From assembly GCF_039654945.1 (NCBI RefSeq), contig NW_027361804.1, positions 5,952,001 to 6,016,000 on the forward strand: a stretch of 64,000 bases of DNA, read 5' to 3'. Numbering within the stretch: the stretch's first letter is position 1; each line of letters starts with the position of its first letter. The translations under genes were made by a program, and so were the position numbers. This DNA comes from Dendrobates tinctorius (lineage: Eukaryota). Of this stretch, positions 51,597 through 64,000 are shown one piece after another. The notes beneath the pieces were generated by a model, which had not been told where the DNA came from, did not search any database, and worked only from the letters and a program-made list of their open reading frames with translations.

Positions 51597-54500
51597 TTTA
51601 GGGGGTCTGTATATATTTGGGGGTCCGGTCTGGGGTCTGTATATATTTGGGGGTCCGGTCTGGGGTCTGTATATAGTTGGAGGGTCAGGTCTGGGGTCTG
51701 TATATATTTAGGGGTCCGGTCTGGGGTCTGTATATAGTTGGAGGGTCCGGTCTGGGGTCTGTATATATTTAGGGGTCCGGTCTGGGGTCTGTATATAGTT
51801 GGAGGGCCCGGTCTGGGGTCTGTATATAATTGGAGGGTCCGGTCTGGTGTCTGTATATAATTGGAGGGTCCGGTCTGGGGTCTATATATGATTGGAGGGT
51901 CCGGTCTGGGGTCTGTATATATTTGGGGGTCCGGTCTGGTGTCTGTATATAGTTGGAGGGTCCGGTCTGGTGTCTGTATATAGTTGGAGGGTCCGGTCTG
52001 GTGTCTGTATATAGTTGGAGGGTCCGGTCTGGTGTCTGTATATAGTTGGAGGGTCCGGTCTGGTGTCTGTATATAGTTGGAGGGTCCGGTCTGGTGTCTG
52101 TATATAGTTGGAGGGTCCGGTCTGGTGTCTGTATATAGTTGGAGGGTCCGGTCTGGTGTCTGTATATAGTTGGAGGGTCCGGTCTGGTGTCTGTATATAG
52201 TTGGAGGGTCCGGTCTGGTGTCTGTATATAGTTGGAGGGTCCGGTCTGGGGTCTATATATGATTGGAGGGTCCGGTCTGGGGTCTGTATATAATTGGAGG
52301 GTCCGATCTGGGGTCTGTATATATTTGGAGGGTCCGATCTGGGGTCTGTATATATTTGGAGGGTCCGGTCTGGGGTCTGTATATATTTGGAGGGTCCGGT
52401 CTGGGGTCTGTATATATTTGGAGGGTCCGGTCTGGGGTCTGTATATATTTAGGGGTCCGGTCTGGGGTCTGTATATAATTGGAGGGTCCGGTCTGGGCCC
52501 TGTATATATTTGGAGGGTCCGGTCTGGGGTCTGTATATAGTTGGAGGGTCCGGTCTGGAGTCTGTATATAGTTGGAGGGTCCGGTCTGGGGTCTGTATAT
52601 AGTTGGAGGGTCCGGTCTGGGGTCTGTATATAGTTGGAGGGTCCGGTCTGGGGTCTGTATATAGTTGGAGGGTCTGGTCTGGGGTCTGTATATAGTTGGA
52701 GGGTCCGGTCTGGGGTCTGTATATAGTTGGAGGGTCCGGTCTGGGGTCTGTATATATTTTGGGGTCCGGTCTGGTGTCTGTATATAGTTGGAGGGTCCGG
52801 TCTGGGGTCTGTATATAGTTGGAGGGTCCGGTCTGGGGTCTGTATATAGTTGGAGGGTCCGGTCTGGGGTCTGTATATAGTTGGAGGGTCCGGTCTGGGG
52901 TCTGTATATAGTTGGAGGGTCCGGACTGGGGTCTGTATATAGTTGGAGGGTCCGGTCTGGGGTCTGTATATAGTTGGAGGGTCCGGTCTGGGGTCTGTAT
53001 ATAGTTGGAGGGTCCGGTCTGTTGTCTGTATATAGTTGGAGGGTCCGGTCTGGGGTCTGTATATATTTGGAGGGTCCGGTCTGGGGTCTGTATATATTTG
53101 GAGGGTCCGGTCTGGGGTCTGTATATATTTGGAGGGTCCGGTCTGGGGTCTGTATATAGTTGGAGGGTCCGGTCTGGGGTCTGTATATAGTTGGAGGGTC
53201 CGGCCTGGGGTCGGTATATAGTTGGAGGGTCCGGCCTGGGGGTCTGTATATATTTGGGGGTCCGGTCTGGGGTCTGTATATATTTGGGGGTCCAGGGTCT
53301 GTGTATATTTGGGGGTCCGGCCTGGGGTCTGTATATATTTGGGGGTCCGGCCTGGGGTCTGTATATATTTGGGGGTCCGGTCTGGGAGTCTGTATATATT
53401 TGGGGGTCCGGTCTGGGAGTCTGTATATATTTGGGGGTCCGGTCTGGGGGTCTGTGTATATTTGGGGGTCCAGTCTGGGAGTCTTTATATATTTGGGAGT
53501 CCGGTCTGGGGGTCTGTATATATTTGGGGGTCCGGTCTGGGGGTCTGTATATATTTGGGGGTCCGGTCTGGGGGTCTGTATATATTTGGGGGTCCGGTCT
53601 GGGGGTCTGTATATATTTGGAGGTCCGGGGTCTGTATATATTTGGGGGTCCGGTCTGGGGTCTGTATATATTTGGGGGTCCGGTCTGGGGTCTGTATATA
53701 TTTGGGGGTCCGGTCTGGGGTCTGTATATATTTGGGGGTCCGGTTTGGGGTCTGTATATATTTGGGGTCCGGGGTCTGTATATAGTTGGAGGGTCCGGTC
53801 TGGGGTCTGTATATATTTGGGCGTCCGGTCTGGAATCTGTATATATTTGGGCGTCCGGTCTGGGGTCTGTATATATTTGGGGGTCCGGTCTGGGGTCTGT
53901 ATATATTTGGGGGTCCGGGGTCTGTATATATTTGGGGGGTCCGGGGTCTGTATATATTTGGGGGGTCCGGGGTCTGTATATATTTGGGGGGTCCGGGGTC
54001 TGTATATATTTGGGGGGTCCGGGGTCTGTATATATTTGGGGGTCCGGGGTCTGTATATATTTGGGGGGTCCGGGGTCTGTATATATTTGGGGGGTCCGGT
54101 CTGGGGTCTGTATATATTTGGGGGTCCAGGGTCTGTATATAGTTGGAGGGTCCGGTCTGGGGTCTGTATATATTTGGGGGTCCGGTCTGGAATCTGTATA
54201 TATTTGGGGGTCCGGTCTGGGGTCTGTATATATTTGGGGGTCTGGGGTCTGTATATATTTGGGGGTCCGGGGTCTGTATATATTTGGGGGTCCGGGGTCT
54301 GTATATATTTGGGGGTCCGGGGTCTGTATATATTTGGGGGTCCGGTCTGGGGTCTGTGTATATTTGGGGGTCCGGCCTGGGGTCTGTATATATTTGGGGG
54401 TCCGGTCTGGGGTCTGCATATATTTGGGGGTCCGGTCTGGTGTCTGTATATAGTTGGAGGGTCCGGTCTGGTGTCTGTATATAGTTGGAGGGTCCGGCCT

Positions 54501-57500
54501 GGGGGTCTGTATATATTTGGGGGTCCGATCTGGTGTCTGTATATAGTTGGAGGGTCCGGTCTGGGGTCTGTATATAGTTGGAGGGTCCGGTCTGGGGTCT
54601 GTATATAGTTGGAGGGTCCGGTCTGGGGTCTGTATATAGTTGGAGGGTCCGGACTGGGGTCTGTATATAGTTGGAGGGTCCGGTCTGGGGTCTGTATATA
54701 GTTGGAGGGTCCGGTCTGGGGTCTGTATATAGTTGGAGGGTCCGGTCTGGTGTCTGTATATAGTTGGAGGGTCCGGTCTGGGGTCTGTATATATTTGGAG
54801 GGTCCGGTCTGGGGTCTGTATATATTTGGAGGGTCCGGTCTGGGGTCTGTATATAGTTGGAGGGTCCGGTCTGGGGTCTGTATATAGTTGGAGGGTCCGG
54901 CCTGGGGTCTGTATATAGTTGGAGGGTCCGGCCTGGGGGTCTGTATATATTTGGGGGTCCGGTCTGGGGTCTGTATATATTTGGGGGTCCAGGGTCTGTG
55001 TATATTTGGGGGTCCGGCCTGGGGTCTGTATATATTTGGGGGTCCGGCCTGGGGTCTGTATATATTTGGGGGTCCGGTCTGGGGTCTGTATATATTTGGG
55101 GGTCCGGTCTGGGAGTCTGGTCTGGGAGTCTGTATATATTTGGGGGTCCGGTCTGGGGGTCTGTGTATATTTGGGGGTCCGGTCTGGGAGTCTGTATATA
55201 TTTGGGAGTCCGGTCTGGGGGTCTGTATATATTTGGGGGTCCGTTCTGGGGGTCTGTATATATTTGGGGGTCCGGTCTGGGGGTCTGTATATATTTGGAG
55301 GTCCGGAGTCTGTATATATTTGGGGGTCCGGTCTGGGGTCTGTATATATTTGGGGGTCCGGTTTGGGGTCTGTATATATTTGGGGGTCCGGTCTGGGAGT
55401 CTGTATATATTTGGGGGTCCGGTCTGGGAGTCTGTATATATTTGGGGGTCCGGTCTGGGAGTCTGTATATATTTGGGGGTCCGGTCTGGGAGTCTGTATA
55501 TATTTGGGGGTCCGGTCTGGGAGTCTGTATATATTTGGGGGTCCGGTCTGGGAGTCTGTATATATTTGGGGGTCCAGTCTGGGAGTCTGTATATATTTGG
55601 GAGTCCGGTCTGGGGGTCTGTATATATTTGGGGGTCCGGTCTGGGGGTCTGTATATATTTGGGGGTCCGGTCTGGGGGTCTGTATATATTTGGGGGTCCG
55701 GTCTGGGGGTCTGTATATATTTGGAGGTCCGGGGTCTGTATATATTTGGGGGTCCGGTCTGGGGTCTGTATATATTTGGGGGTCCGGTCTGGGGTCTGTA
55801 TATATTTGGGGGTCCGGTCTGGGGTCTGTATATATTTGGGGGTCCGGTCTGGGGTCTGTATATATTTGGGGGTCCGGGGTCTGTATAAATTTGGGGTCCG
55901 GGGTCTGTATATAGTTGGAGGGTCCGGTCTGGAATCTGTATATATTTGGGCGTCCGGTCTGGGGTCTGTATATATTTGGGGGTCCGGTCTGGGGTCTGTA
56001 TATATTTGGGGGGTCCGGGGTCTGTATATATTTGGGGGGTCCGGGGTCTGTATATATTTGGGGGGTCCGGGGTCTGTATATATTTGGGGGGTCCGGGGTC
56101 TGTATATATTTGGGGGGTCCGGTCTGGGGTCTGTATATATTTGGGGGTCCAGGGTCTGTATATAGTTGGAGGGTCCGGTCTGGGGTCTGTATATATTTGG
56201 GGGTCCGGTCTGGAATCTGTATATATTTGGGGGTCCGGTCTGGGGTCTGTATATATTTGGGGGTCCGGTGGTCTGTATATATTTGGGGGTCCGTATATAT
56301 TTGAGGGTCCTGGGGTCTGTATATATTTGAGGGTCCTGGGGTCTGTATATATTTGGGGGTCCGGGGTCTGTATATATTTGGGGGTCCGGGGTCTGTATAT
56401 ATTTGGGGGTCCGGTCTGGGGTCTGTATATATTTGGGGGTCCGGTCTGGGGTCTGTATATATTTGGGGGTCCGGTTTGGGGTCTGTATATATTTGGGGGT
56501 CCGGGGTCTGTATATATTTGGGGGTCCGGGGTCTGTATATATTTGGAGGGTCCGGTCTGGGGTCTGTATATACTGTATTTGGGCGTCCGGTCTGGAATCT
56601 GTATATATTTGGGCGTCCGGTCTGGGGTCTGTATATATTTGGGGGTCCGGTCTGGGGTCTGTATATATTTGGGGGTCCGGGGTCTGTACATATTTGGGGG
56701 TCCGGGGTCTGTACATATTTGGGGGTCCGGGGTCTGTACATATTTGGGGGTCCGGGGTCTGTATATATTTGGGGGGTCCGGGGTCTGTATATATTTGGGG
56801 GGTCCGGGGTCTGTATATATTTGGGGGTCCGGGGTCTGTATATATTTGGGGGGTCCGGTCTGGGGTCTGTATATATTTGGGGGTCCAGGGTCTGTATATA
56901 GTTGGAGGGTCCGGTCTGGGGTCTGTATATATTTGGGGGTCCGGTCTGGAATCTGTATATATTTGGGGGTCCGGTCTGGGGTCTGTATATATTTGGGGGT
57001 CCGGGGGTCTGTATATATTTGGGGGTCCGGGGGTCTGTATATATTTGGGGGTCCGGGGGTCTGTATATATTTGGGGGTCCGGGGGTCTGTATATATTTGG
57101 TGGTCCGGGGTCTGTATATGTTTGGGGGTCCGGTCTGGGGTCTGTGTATATTTGGGGGTCCGGCCTGGGGTCTGTATATATTTGGGGGTCCGGTCTGGGG
57201 TCTGTATATATTTGGGGGTCCGGTCTGGTGTCTGTATATAGTTGGAGGGTCCGGTCTGGTGTCTGTATATAGTTGGAGGGTCCGGCCTGGGGGTCTGTAT
57301 ATATTTGGGGGTCCGGTCTGGGGTCTGTATATATTTGGGGGTCCGGCCTGGGGTCTGTATATATTTGGGGGTCCGGCCTGGGGTCTGTATATATTTGGGG
57401 GTCCGGCCTGGGGTCTGTATATATTTGGGGGTCCGGTCTGGGAGTCTGTATATATTTGGGGGTCCGGTCTGGGGGTCTGTGTATATTTCGGGGTCCAGTC

Positions 57501-59780
57501 TGGGAGTCTGTATATATTTGGGAGTCCGGTCTGGGGGTATGTATATATTTGGGGGTCCGGTCTGGGGGTCTGTATATATTTGGGGGTCCGGTCTGGGGGT
57601 CTGTATATATTTGGGGGTCCGGTCTGGGGGTCTGTATATATTTGGGGGTCCGGGGTCTGTATATATTTGCAGGTCCGGTCTGGAATCTGTATATATTTGG
57701 GGGTCCGGTCTGGGGTCTGTATATATTTGGGGGTCCGGTTTGGGGTCTGTATATATTTGGGGGTCCGGGGTCTGTATATATTTGGGGGTCCGGGGTCTGT
57801 ATATAGTTGGAGGGTCCGGTCTGGGGTCTGTATATATTTGGGGGTCCGGGGTCTGTATATATTTGGGGGTCCGGGGTCTGTATATATTTGGGGGTCCGGG
57901 GTCTGTATATATTTGGGGGGTCCGGTCTGGGGTCTGTATATATTTGGGGGTCCAGGGTCTGTATATAGTTGGAGGGTCCGGTCTGGGGTCTGTATATATT
58001 TGGGGGTCCGGTCTGGAATCTGTATATATTTGGGGGTCCGGTCTGGGGTCTGTATATATTTGGGGGTCCGGGGGTCTGTATATATTTGGGGGTCCGGGGT
58101 ATGTATATATTTGGGGGTCCGGGGTCTGTACATATTTGGGGGGTCCGGGGTCTGTATATATTTGGGGGTCCGGGGTCTGTATATATTTGGGGGGTCCGGT
58201 CTGGGGTCTGTATATATTTGGGGGTCCGGGGTCTGTATATATTTGGGGGGTCCGGGGCCTGTATATATTTGGGGGTCCGGGGTCTGTATATATTTGGGGG
58301 GTCCGGTCTGGGGTCTGTATATATTTGGGGGTCCAGGGTCTGTATATAGTTGGAGGGTCCGGTCTGGGGTCTGTATATATTTGGGGGTCCGGTCTGGAAT
58401 CTGTATATATTTGGGGGTCCGGTCTGGGGTCTGTATATATTTGGGGGTCCGGGGGTCTGTATATATTTGGGGGTCCGGGGTCTGTATATATTTGGGGGTC
58501 CGGGGTCTGTACATATTTGGGGGTCCGGGGTCTGTACATATTTGGGGGTCCGGGGTCTGTACATATTTGGGGGTCCGGGGTCTGTATATATTTGGGGGTC
58601 CGGTCTGGGGTCTGTGTATATTTGGGGGTCCGGCCTGGGGTCTGTATATATTTGGGGGTCCGGTCTGGGGTCTGTATATATTTGGGGGTCCGGCCTGGCG
58701 TCTGTATATATTTGGTGGTCCGGGGTCTGTATATATTTGGTGGTCCGGGGTCTGTACATATTTGGGGGTCCGGGGTCTGTACATATTTGGGGGTCCGGGG
58801 TCTGTACATATTTGGGGGTCCGGGGTCTGTACATATTTGGGGGTCCGGGGTCTGTACATATTTGGGGGTCCGGGGTCTGTATATATTTGGGGGTCCGGTC
58901 TGGGGTCTGTGTATATTTGGGGGTCCGGCCTGGGGTCTGTATATATTTGGGGGTCCGGTCTGGGGTCTGTATATATTTGGGGGTCCGGCCTGGCGTCTGT
59001 ATATATTTGGTGGTCCGGGGTCTGTATATATTTGGGGGTCCGGCCTGGCGTCTGTATACATTTGGGGGTCCGGCCTGGGGTCTGTATATATTTGGGGGTC
59101 CGGTCTGGGGTCTGTATATATTTGGGGGTCCGGTCTGGGGTCTGTATATATTTGGGGGTTCGGCCTGGGGTCTGTATATATTTGGGGGTCCGGCCTGGGG
59201 TCTGTATATATTTGGAGGTCCGGCCTGGCGTCTGTATACATTTGGGGGTCTGTATATATTTGGGGGTCCGGGGTCTGTATATATTTGGGGGTCCGGCCTG
59301 AGGTCTGTATATATTTGGGGGTCCGGTCTGGGGTCTGTATATATTTGGTGGTCCGGGGTCTGTATATATTTGGGGGTCCGGCCTGAGGTCTGTATATATT
59401 TGGGGGTCCGGTCTGGGGTCTGTATATATTTGGGGGTCCGGGGTCTGTATATATTTGGGGGTCCGGCCTGAGGTCTGTATATATTTGGGGGTCCGGCCTG
59501 GCGTCTGTATATATTTGGTGGTCCGGGGTGTGTATATATTTGGGGGTCCGGCCTGAGGTCTGTATATATTTGGGGGTCCGGTCTGGGGTCTGTATATATT
59601 TGGGGGTCCGGTCTGGGGTCTGTATATATTTGGGGGTCCGGCCTGGGGTCTGTATATATTTGGGGGTCCGGCCTGGGGTCTGTATATATTTGGAGGTCCG
59701 GCCTGGGGTCTGTATATATTTGGAGGTCCGGCCTGGCGTCTGTATACATTTGGGGGTCTGTATATATTTGGGGGTCTGTT
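51597..59780. repeat. 8.2-kb G-rich minisatellite, 24/30/31-bp units GGGGGTCCGGTCTGGGGTCTGTATATATTT
   Basis: Tandem repeats; source of the 2000+ aa spurious ORFs. Confidence 0.97.
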
Positions 59781-59947
59781 TTGTGGGCGGGGCATACATA
59801 TTTGCATACACTGACAACTCTGCGATCCGGTGTAATAAGCCCACGCTCTTTGTGGTTGCTATGGTTACAGCCCCTTCTCCTGGTATCCCGATGTCACTGA
59901 CCTCTCCCTAATGCTCCGATGTTATTATCCCGATATTGACGATAGTC

Positions 59948-60320
59948 ACTCACGGTCACCGCCGATAATACCCAGCAGGCTCCACGACACAAAACACAAT
60001 CTCCCGCGCTCCCGATTAGCCAATCACAGGACCCCAAGTCGTGACGTCACCCGCCTACCACGGACAGTCTCAGCCAATACGCGGGAGGAGCCAGTCACGC
60101 GCGGCTATGATCCAATCATACGCGTCAGAGTGACAGCAACCAATGAGTGAGCAGCACGGAGCTTCGTGACGTCATTGTTGTTAGGTCAGTCGTTAGGAAT
60201 CCTTGTGTATACAGTCAGTGGCTGGGTTGCTTGTGTTTGTTGCCAATGACGACCAATCCCAGCGCAGCTTTCATATCATATTGTGCTCTTCATAAATGAA
60301 AGCTGCGCTGTGATTGGCTG
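59948..60320 (-). promoter_or_regulatory. Probable DDX11 promoter and non-coding exon 1
   Basis: Donor GTGAGT (-) at 59953; CCAAT at 60020, 60074, 60112, 60140, 60243, 60253; TGACGTCA at 60042 and 60167; GCGGGAG E2F-like sites; CpG-rich; the ATG exon has its own acceptor. Confidence 0.7.
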
Positions 60321-60939
60321 TTATTACAGTTTTCATATTTTTTTAACCCCTTCCTTGCCCAAGTCTGCGCTTGTAGCAGCAAGCTCGTCTTTTGCCACCG
60401 GTTTGGTCACCAGAGTCTGTTACTATCTGTCCGGAATTCTATATCCTTCCCGAGGCTCCCACCGCTGTAATGTTGGATCTCGTGGAGCAGATTGCTCTCA
60501 CCGATACCTTCACTTTGTCTCGACCATTTTGGTCAGACCTCAAGCAACATTGTGGTGATCTGCCTCGTTCTTCAACTCGGGTCGTGGAATGTGAACCCCG
60601 AATCCATACTATACCCTCCTAACCTTGCCATAGGTGGAGTTCTGAGTTATTCAGATCAAGTGCTGGGGGCATCGGATCGCTGCCTGCACCCCCTGCTGCC
60701 ACCTGAAGCAGGTTATCTGATGGAGAGCAGACACGGAGTGTATACAGAGAAATTACCACCAAGCCCACAGTGATGGAAGGGCAAAGCGTGACGGTGCACG
60801 GGACACAGACTGTAGTGGGCCCCTGTGCAAGAAATTTTTCGGGCCCCCCCAACCCTTCATAGGGCAACAAAGTTATTTGTTATTTGTTGTTATCTAATAC
60901 TGAGGCAATGCTGGGCTGGATATAATATCTATATAGAAC

Positions 60940-63900
60940 ATAATGTAACCCCCCCATAGAATATAATGCAGTCCCCCCCCCATATAGTATAATGCAGCCC
61001 CCATAGAATATATGGCAACCCCCTCATAGGCTATAATGCAGCCCCCTTAGATAGTATAATGTAGCCCCTCCATAGAATAATAGAATACAATGTAGCCCTC
61101 TTCATATAGTATAATGCAGCCCCCATAGAATATAATAAATATAATACAGCCCCCCTATAGAATATAATGTAGCCCCAAATAGAATATAATACAGCCCACC
61201 TCCCCATAGAATATAATGTAGCCCCCCCATATTATATAACACAGCCTCCACTTATAGAATAAAATGTAAAATGTACCCCCATGGTATATAACACAGCCGC
61301 ATAGTATATAGCCTAGCCCACCATGGTATAATACAGCCCAGCATGGTATATAGCCCCCCCAGCATGGTATAATACAGCCCAGCATGGTATATAGACCCCC
61401 CCAGCATCGTATAATACATCCCAGCATGGTATAATACAGCCCAGCATGGTATATAGCCCCCCCCAGCACGTTATAATACAGCCCAGCATGGTATATAGCC
61501 CCCCAGCATGGTATAATACAGCCCAGCATGGTATATAGCCCCTCCAGCATGGTATGATACAGCCCAGCGTGGTATAATACAGCCCAGCATGGTATATAGC
61601 CCCCCCCAGCATGGTATATAGCCCCCCAGCATGGTATATAGCCACCCCCAGCATGGTATGATACAGCCCAGCATGGTATATAGCCCCCCCAGCATGGTAT
61701 ATAGCCCCCCAGCATGGTATATAGCCCCCCCAGCATGGTATATAGCCACCCCCAGCATGGTATGATACAGTCCAGCATGGTATATAGCCCCCCCAGCAAG
61801 GTATATAGCCCCCCCAGCATGGTATATAGCCCCCCCAGCATGGTATATAGCCCCCCCAGCATGGTATAATACAGCCCAGCATGGTATATAGCCCCCCTAG
61901 CATGGTATAATACAGCCCAGCATGGTATATAGCCCCCCTAGCATGGTATGATACAGCCCAGCATGGTATATAGTCCCCCCAGCATGGTATGATACAGCCC
62001 AGCATGGTATATAACCCCCCAGCATGGTATATAGCCCCCCGCAGCATAGTATATAGCCCCCCTAGCATGGTATAATACAGCCCAGCATGGCATATAGCCC
62101 CCACAGCATGGTATAATACAGCCCAGCATGGTATATAGCCCCCCAGCATGGTATAATACAGCCCAGCATGGTATATAGCCCCCCTAGCATGGTATGATAC
62201 AGCCCAGCATGGTATAATACAGCCCAGCATGGTATATAGTCCCTCCAGCATGGTATGATACAGCCCAGCATGGTATATGGCCCCCCAGCATGGTATATAG
62301 CCACCCCTAGCATGGTATATAGCCCCCCTAGCATGGTATGATACAGCCCAGCATGGTATATAGTCCCCCCAGCATGGTATGATACAGCCCAGCATGGTAT
62401 ATAACCCCCCAGCATGGTATATAGCCCCCCGCAGCATAGTATAGAGCCCCCCCAGCATGGTATAATACAGCCCAGCATGGCATATAGCCCCCCCAGCATG
62501 GTATAATACAGCCCAGCATGGTATATAGCCCCCTAGCATGGTATAATACAGCCCAGCATGGCATATAGCCCCCCCAGCATGGTATAATATAGCCCAGCAT
62601 GGTATATAGCCCCCCAGCATGGTATAATACAGCCCAGCATGGTATATAGCCCCCCTAGCATGGTATGATACAGCCCAGCATGGTATATAGTCCCTCCAGC
62701 ATGGTATGATACATCCCAGCATGGTATATAGCCACCCCCAGCATGGTATATAGCCCCCCGCAGCATGGTATATAGCCCCCTGCAGCATAGTATATAACCC
62801 CCCCAGCATGGTATAATACAGCCCAGCATGGCATATAGCCCCCCCAGCATGGTATATAGCCCCCCCCAGCATGGTATAATACAGCCCAACATGGTATATA
62901 GCCCCCCTAGCATGGTATATAGCCCCCCCAGCATGGTATGATACAGCCCAGCATGGTACATAGTCCCCCAGCATGGTATATAGCCCCCCCCAGCATGGTA
63001 TGATACAGCCCAGCATGGTATATAGCCCCCCAGCACTGTATATAGCCCCCCCAGCATGGTATGATACAGCCCAGCATGGTATATAGCCCCCCCAAGCATG
63101 GTATATAGCCCCCCCAGCATGGTATATAGCCCCCCCAGCATGGTATAATACAGCCCAGCATGGTATATAGCCCCCTAGCATGGTATAATACAGCCCAGCA
63201 TGGTATGATACAGCCCAGCATGGTACATAGCCCCCCAGCATGGTATATAGCCCCCCCCAGCATGGTATGATACAGCCCAGCATGGTACATAGCCCCCCAG
63301 CATGGTATATAGCCCCCCCCAGCATGGTATGATACAGCCCAGCATGGTATATAGCCCCCCAGCACTGTATATAGCCCCCCCCCAGCATGGTATGATACAG
63401 CCCAGCATGGTATATAGCCCCCCCAGCATGGTATATAGCCCCCCAACATGGTATATAGCCCCCAGCATGGTATATAGCCCCCCAAGCATGGTATATAGCC
63501 CCCCCAGCATGGTATATAGTTCCCCCAGCATGGTATATAGCCCCCCCAGCATGGTATATAGCCCCCCAAGCATGGTATATAGCCCCCCAGCATGGTATAT
63601 AGCCCCCCCAGCATGGTATATAGCCCCCCCAGCATGGTATATAGCCCCCCCATCATGGTATATAGCTCCCCCAGCATGGTATATAGCCCCCCCAGCATGG
63701 TATATAGCTCCCCCAGCATGGTATATAGCCCCCCCAGCATGGTATATAGCCCCCCAGCATGGTATATAGCCCAGCATGGTATATAGCCCCCCCAGCATGG
63801 TATATAGCCCAGCATGGTATATAGCCCCCCAGCATGGTATATAGCCCAGCATGGTATATAGCCCCCCCAGCATGGTATATAGCCTCCCAGCATGGTATAT

Positions 63901-64000
63901 AGCCCCCCCAGCATGGTATATAGCCCCCCCAGCATGGTATTTAGCCCCCCCAGCATGGTATATAGCCCCCCAGCATGGTATATAGCCCACCCCAGCATGG
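60940..64000. repeat. 20-22 bp minisatellite CCCAGCATGGTATATAGCCC, running off the window end
   Basis: Tandem repeats, degenerate at the left edge. Confidence 0.95.

Noticed and set aside
52253-59844. 2100-2500 aa ORFs (PQIYTDPRPD repeats)
   Set aside because: Open in all three - frames because the satellite strand lacks stops; intronic; not protein-coding.
61155-63998. MLGGLYT-repeat ORFs
   Set aside because: Satellite artefacts.

Overview
Vertebrate genomic DNA, most likely from a frog (inferred from the repeat families). It carries three nuclear genes whose exons I rebuilt by hand with consistent GT-AG phases. IQSEC3 first coding exon is on - (599-936). WASHC1 is on + (10 coding exons, 9262-16910, ~470 aa). 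DDX11/ChlR1 Fe-S helicase is on - (26 coding exons, 44210-17103, ~903 aa), with a probable non-coding exon 1 and CCAAT/CRE promoter near 60 kb. WASHC1 and DDX11 are tail-to-tail with apparently overlapping 3' ends. Roughly 40% of the window is GC-rich minisatellite, which explains nearly all the very long ORFs in the ORF track. Much of the remainder is transposon: four Tc1/mariner relics, a near full-length L2 LINE with a 2A-like peptide, a CR1 fragment, hAT and Harbinger MITEs, and Penelope-type hammerhead motifs. DDX11 intron 1 holds a four-level nest: Tc1 > fold-back hATm > near-intact two-gene PIF/Harbinger > hAT MITE. I found no unambiguous new biological system. The best leads are this nest, a satellite of amplified splice-donor motifs, a palindromic satellite of CTCF-like sites, the L2 signal-peptide/2A arrangement and an intronic hammerhead.
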